The notes under the pieces are model-generated. The model ran no database searches and had not been told where the DNA came from. It worked only from the letters and a program-made list of their open reading frames with translations. A stretch of 40,724 nucleotides of DNA. Source: Methanobacteriota archaeon. GTDB lineage: Archaea; Hydrothermarchaeota; Hydrothermarchaeia; Hydrothermarchaeales; JACRDW01. Where the stretch lies: NCBI GenBank assembly GCA_043820925.1, contig JBDRDL010000028.1:1-40724 (forward strand), in the 5' to 3' direction. Position numbers and translations under genes: made by a program. The number at the start of each line of letters is the position of its first letter. Position 1 is the first letter of the stretch. Positions 37,387-40,724 of the stretch are shown piece after piece.

Positions 37387-37629
37387 ATGGAGAGAATCTA
37401 TGTTATTCCGCTGGGAGATGTTAGAAAGGTTCCCAGCAGGAAAAGGTCTGCAAATGCAGTTAGATTTGTGCAGGCATTCCTGGCAAAAAATATGAAAGGC
37501 AATATTAAATTGGATAAGGCATTGAACGAAAAGCTCTGGGAGAAAGGCATGCGGAGCATACCTCCGAGAATTAAGGTCAAGGCAACGAAGCAAGAGGACG
37601 GAAGTATTCTGGCCACCCTTGTAGAGTGA
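37387..37629 (+). CDS. rpl31e: Ribosomal protein eL31
   Basis: ERIYVIPL, LNEKLWEKG...IPPRIKVK. Confidence 0.96.
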   Translation: MERIYVIPLGDVRKVPSRKRSANAVRFVQAFLAKNMKGNIKLDKALNEKLWEKGMRSIPPRIKVKATKQEDGSILATLVE

Positions 37630-37633
37630 TAGC

Positions 37634-38296
37634 GTGATTCAGTTAATTGCCTACAATAAAAATCCAAACATAGGCGTAGTTGGAAAGGCTAACGACGAGC
37701 TCGGTCTGGTTCCGGTTACCAGCCCTCCAAATTTCGCCTCCGCAGTTTCTGAGACGCTGGGCGTGGAAGTGCGCCGCATAAATATTTGCGGAACATTTCT
37801 AATCGGCGCAATGCTTGCGCTGAATAACAAAGGAATGGTGCTTACGAGGCATGCGTATAGAAAGGAGATAAATGAGATGAAAAAATTGGATATCAATGTG
37901 GGCGTTGTCAAAGAGAAATTCACAGCTCTTGGAAATTTAGTGCTACTCAACGACAACGGTGCGATAGCCAGCAAAGTGTTCGGCAAGAAAACGATTGCAA
38001 TGATGAAGGATACATTTGACTGCGAGGTAGAAGTCGGAGATATAGGAGGATTCAGGGCAGTGGGCAGCGCAGGCGTAGCGACAAACAAAGGCGCACTGGT
38101 GCATCCAATGGTCAGCGAGGAGGAACTGAAGTGGGTTGAGAATATTTTAAAGGTGGACGTGGATATAGGGACTGTAAACAGAGGAGTAGGATTCGTAAGG
38201 ACAGGAATAATCGCAAATAAAAATGGAGCGCTGGTCGGGAACGAAACTACTGGACCTGAGATTGCAAGAATCGAGGACTCGCTGGATTTGCTATAG
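37634..38296 (+). CDS. eif6: Translation initiation factor 6 (aIF6)
   Basis: NPNIGV, ALGNLVLLND.GA, VATNKGALVHP, GTVNRG, TTGPEIARIE. Confidence 0.97.
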   Translation: MIQLIAYNKNPNIGVVGKANDELGLVPVTSPPNFASAVSETLGVEVRRINICGTFLIGAMLALNNKGMVLTRHAYRKEINEMKKLDINVGVVKEKFTALGNLVLLNDNGAIASKVFGKKTIAMMKDTFDCEVEVGDIGGFRAVGSAGVATNKGALVHPMVSEEELKWVENILKVDVDIGTVNRGVGFVRTGIIANKNGALVGNETTGPEIARIEDSLDLL

Positions 38297-38306
38297 GAGG
38301 ATGTTT

Positions 38307-38486
38307 ATGGTTAAACTATTTCAAGTGAAGGGAAAATTCTTAATGGGCGAAAAAATGCAGCCCTTTGTTAAGGAAATTAGAAGCGACAGCGAGAAAAGCG
38401 CCGCAGAGGCAATATACTCAGAGCTTGGGAGCAAGCATAAAACTCCGAGAAATAAGATTAAGATAGAAGAAATCAAAGAGGCGTGA
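38307..38486 (+). CDS. rplX: Ribosomal protein eL20 (LX/L18Ae)
   Basis: FQVKG.F, F.KEI, IYSELGSKHK..R..IKI. Confidence 0.93.
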   Translation: MVKLFQVKGKFLMGEKMQPFVKEIRSDSEKSAAEAIYSELGSKHKTPRNKIKIEEIKEA

Positions 38487-38489
38487 ATT

Positions 38490-38921
38490 ATGGACGACTA
38501 TGAGGTGGAAAAAACTCTGAATGAATACGAGTACTACCGTGCCCAGGCAGAAGCGCTTAAAAGGAATTTAGACTTAATAAATGCGAACTTGATGGAGCTG
38601 GAAGTGGTGAGGGGAAGCCTGGACGAAATAAAAAAACTTGGCAAGGAAAACGAAATTTTGATGCCCCTCGGCGGAGGCTCTTTCGTAAAGGCGAATATTG
38701 CGGATACTGAAAAAATACTCGTAAGTCTTGGCGCCGGTATCGTTGCAAAGAAAGATATCCCGATGGCGAGGGGCGATTTTGAACAGCGCATAAAGGAACT
38801 GGAGCAGGTCAGGGCAGAGCTCGCAGAGAGGTGGCGGGCAATCTCAGGCAGGCTCGAGGAATTAGCTCCGAAAATCCAAGAAATTCTTGCTTCGCAGGCT
38901 CCGCAAGGGAAAGAGGGGTAG
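38490..38921 (+). CDS. pfdA: Prefoldin alpha subunit
   Basis: EILMPLGGGSFVKA, KILVSLGAG flanked by coiled coils. Confidence 0.95.
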   Translation: MDDYEVEKTLNEYEYYRAQAEALKRNLDLINANLMELEVVRGSLDEIKKLGKENEILMPLGGGSFVKANIADTEKILVSLGAGIVAKKDIPMARGDFEQRIKELEQVRAELAERWRAISGRLEELAPKIQEILASQAPQGKEG

Positions 38922-38923
38922 AG

Positions 38924-39826
38924 TTGTTCAATCTGCTCAAGAAAAAGATTTCTGAAGTCGAGGAAAAGACAAAGGCTTTTTTGAAGGGAGAAGTTATCCT
39001 CGACGAGAAAAAGCTGGACGAGCTTTTTTCTGGCTTTGAAATTGCGCTCCTTGAAAGCGACGTCGCTCTGGAAGTGTCTGAAAAGATAATAGGAGATTTG
39101 AAAAAGAGCTTGCGTGGAAGGAAAATTAAGCAGGGCGAGGTTGACAATCTGATTAGAGAAACCCTGAAGAGCTCCCTGAGGGAGATTTTTCCTTCTAAAC
39201 CCAGGAAACTTGTGGAGCTTGTGAAGAGTAAAAAACCATACGTAATTGCTTTTGTGGGAGTAAACGGCACAGGAAAAACTACGACCATTGCGAAGATAGT
39301 TCGTCTCCTTCAGAAGAGCAATTTAACCTGCGTTCTCGCTGCAAGCGATACTTTCAGGGCAGGAGCTATAGAGCAGCTGGAGAAGCATGCCGCTAAACTC
39401 GGAGTTCGCTTGATAAAGCATGGAAAAGGCGCAGATGCAGCAGCAGTCGCTTATGATGCAATAGAGCATGCAAGGGCGCATGGAAAAGATGCGGTGCTGA
39501 TAGACACTGCTGGCAGGATGGAGACGAATGTTAATCTGCTCGACGAGATGAAGAAAGTTGCAAGGGTAACTAGGCCAGATTTAGTGCTCTTTATAGGAGA
39601 CGCATTGACAGGCAATGCTGCGATAGAGCAGGCTGAGAGATTCAACAGCGCAGTACCTGTAGACGGAATAGTGCTCACAAAGGCAGATGCAGACGCAAAG
39701 GGAGGAAGCGCAGTCTCCATCGCCTACGCAATAAAAAAACCCGTATTCTTCCTCGGCACAGGGCAGGGCTACAACGATTTAGTTGAATTCGATGCGGACT
39801 GGCTGATAAACGAGATTCTCGGATAA
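38924..39826 (+). CDS. ftsY: SRP receptor FtsY
   Basis: LLESDVA, GVNGTGKTTT, DTFRAGA, DTAGR, TKADADAKGG; TTG start (MFNLLKKK). Confidence 0.97.
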   Translation: MFNLLKKKISEVEEKTKAFLKGEVILDEKKLDELFSGFEIALLESDVALEVSEKIIGDLKKSLRGRKIKQGEVDNLIRETLKSSLREIFPSKPRKLVELVKSKKPYVIAFVGVNGTGKTTTIAKIVRLLQKSNLTCVLAASDTFRAGAIEQLEKHAAKLGVRLIKHGKGADAAAVAYDAIEHARAHGKDAVLIDTAGRMETNVNLLDEMKKVARVTRPDLVLFIGDALTGNAAIEQAERFNSAVPVDGIVLTKADADAKGGSAVSIAYAIKKPVFFLGTGQGYNDLVEFDADWLINEILG

Positions 39827-39922
39827 TTTTGAGCATCAAATCGAGGGCAAGGCAACTGGAATCACAATTAAAACCAAACTTTAAATACGTTAAAGTTCTA
39901 ACTAATATTAGGTGTTATTACT

Positions 39923-40120
39923 ATGGCTGTTGCAAATGAAAATATTTACAGAGAGCTTAAGAGGATGAATGCAAATCTCGAAATACTGGTTGCGATTTAC
40001 AAGAAGGTTATCGATTCTTTGATACCCGAGGATAGCCCCACAAAAGAAGAATTAGAGGCTATTCTGAGCAAGGAAGAGTTAGTTGGTAAAGAAGAATTGT
40101 TGAAAGCTCTGGAAGAGTGA
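39923..40120 (+). CDS. Probable antitoxin of a RelE-type module
   Basis: 65 aa with acidic C-terminus IPEDSPTKEELEAI, directly upstream of a relE remnant; TTTAAATA upstream. Confidence 0.65.
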   Translation: MAVANENIYRELKRMNANLEILVAIYKKVIDSLIPEDSPTKEELEAILSKEELVGKEELLKALEE

Positions 40121-40121
40121 C

Positions 40122-40269
40122 ATGTTCACAATCAAGGTTAAAAAGAGTGCTGTAAAAAGTGCAAAGGAGCTTTCAAGCAAAGAGAAGGAGAATATGATTT
40201 AAAGAAACTGAAAGGTAGGCAAGATACCTACAGGATAAGAATATCGGCTTTAGAGAGAAGGCCTACTAA
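40122..40269 (+). pseudogene. RelE/ParE toxin pseudogene with internal deletions
   Basis: MFTIKVKKSAVKSAKELS (stop at 40200), then EYDLKKLKGRQDTYRIRI in another frame, then REKAY-stop. Confidence 0.75.
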
Positions 40270-40322
40270 AAACATCGCAACCAGCGATGCTGACTTTGAG
40301 CGATTTTGTTAGAAAGCTGGCG

Positions 40323-40375
40323 CTTGCGTGAGCAAGACCGACTTGCTTTGCGCCTACCTTACGGTATTGCGGAAG
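40323..40375 (+). repeat. Palindromic dispersed repeat, copy 2 (intergenic)
   Basis: Matches the element inside nuoD. Confidence 0.9.
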
Positions 40376-40487
40376 GGTGGATTTCCTCAAGGTGTGGAAG
40401 CCTTAGTGTTCGAGGGGAAGGCGACAGAGATAAAAGTGGAAAATGTTTATATTGGTTAAAGCTCAAGATATAAAGAAGGTGATATAA

Positions 40488-40676
40488 GTGCCAATATCTG
40501 CTGTTTATAGGAAAGGCGTCATCAAACCATTGGTTGAAGTTGATTTGAAAGAAAACGAGAAAATCGAGATAGAGATAAAGAGGAAGAAATCTGACCCGGT
40601 AGATAACCTCCTAGGAATAATCAAGGTCAAAGATCCAAGCATTAAGGAACTCATCGCCTCTGAAGAGTGGTACTAA
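40488..40676 (+). CDS. AF2212/DUF104-like antitoxin
   Basis: ISAVYRKGVIKPL..VDLKENEKIEI. Confidence 0.85.
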   Translation: MPISAVYRKGVIKPLVEVDLKENEKIEIEIKRKKSDPVDNLLGIIKVKDPSIKELIASEEWY

Positions 40677-40724
40677 ATGTTCCTCGGCGATATCCCGGAA
40701 GGCACAAGAGTTTTTATTGATGCC
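40677..40724 (+). CDS. PIN-domain (VapC) toxin, 5' end only
   Basis: MFLGDIPEGTRVFIDA directly after the antitoxin stop. Confidence 0.75.
   Translation, partial: MFLGDIPEGTRVFIDA

Noticed and set aside
37372..37389. GAGTGGATTGAAAT resembles the 3' end of type I-C repeats
   Set aside because: Single copy that coincides with the RBS and start codon of rpl31e

Overview
Archaeal chromosomal DNA (TATA/BRE promoters, archaeal tRNAs, eS19/eL39/eL31/aIF6/eL20). DUF530 together with sat-apr-qmo suggests a euryarchaeal-type sulfur-metabolising lineage such as Hydrothermarchaeota; this is inference only. Left to right: (1) a type I-B (Tneap/Cst-like) interference operon on the minus strand, cas6-[long acylphosphatase]-cas8b-cas11-cas7-cas5-cas3, led by a wHTH + LigD-type primase-polymerase coupled to cas6, with no cas1/2/4 or array in the window; (2) DUF530, DUF1699-HTH, tRNA-Asn and a Fic gene; (3) an 11-subunit complex I-like operon (nuoABCDHIJKLMN) with two coupled unknown ORFs; (4) tRNA-Ile(CAT), tRNA-Gly(GCC) and an IS630 remnant; (5) sat-orf-aprBA-ykgJ-ykgJ-orf-qmoABC; (6) a duplicated-domain lipoprotein and the rnp4-rps19e-pdcd5-PPloop-rpl39e-rpl31e-eif6-rplX-pfdA-ftsY cluster; (7) toxin-antitoxin genes. 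The most notable unexplained signals are the CRISPR-linked primase-polymerase and acylphosphatase, the cas8/cas11 split by one in-frame stop, REP/REPIN-like palindromic elements next to all three tRNAs, an 84-bp repeat inserted in frame in nuoD, and a structured insert between rpl39e and rpl31e.
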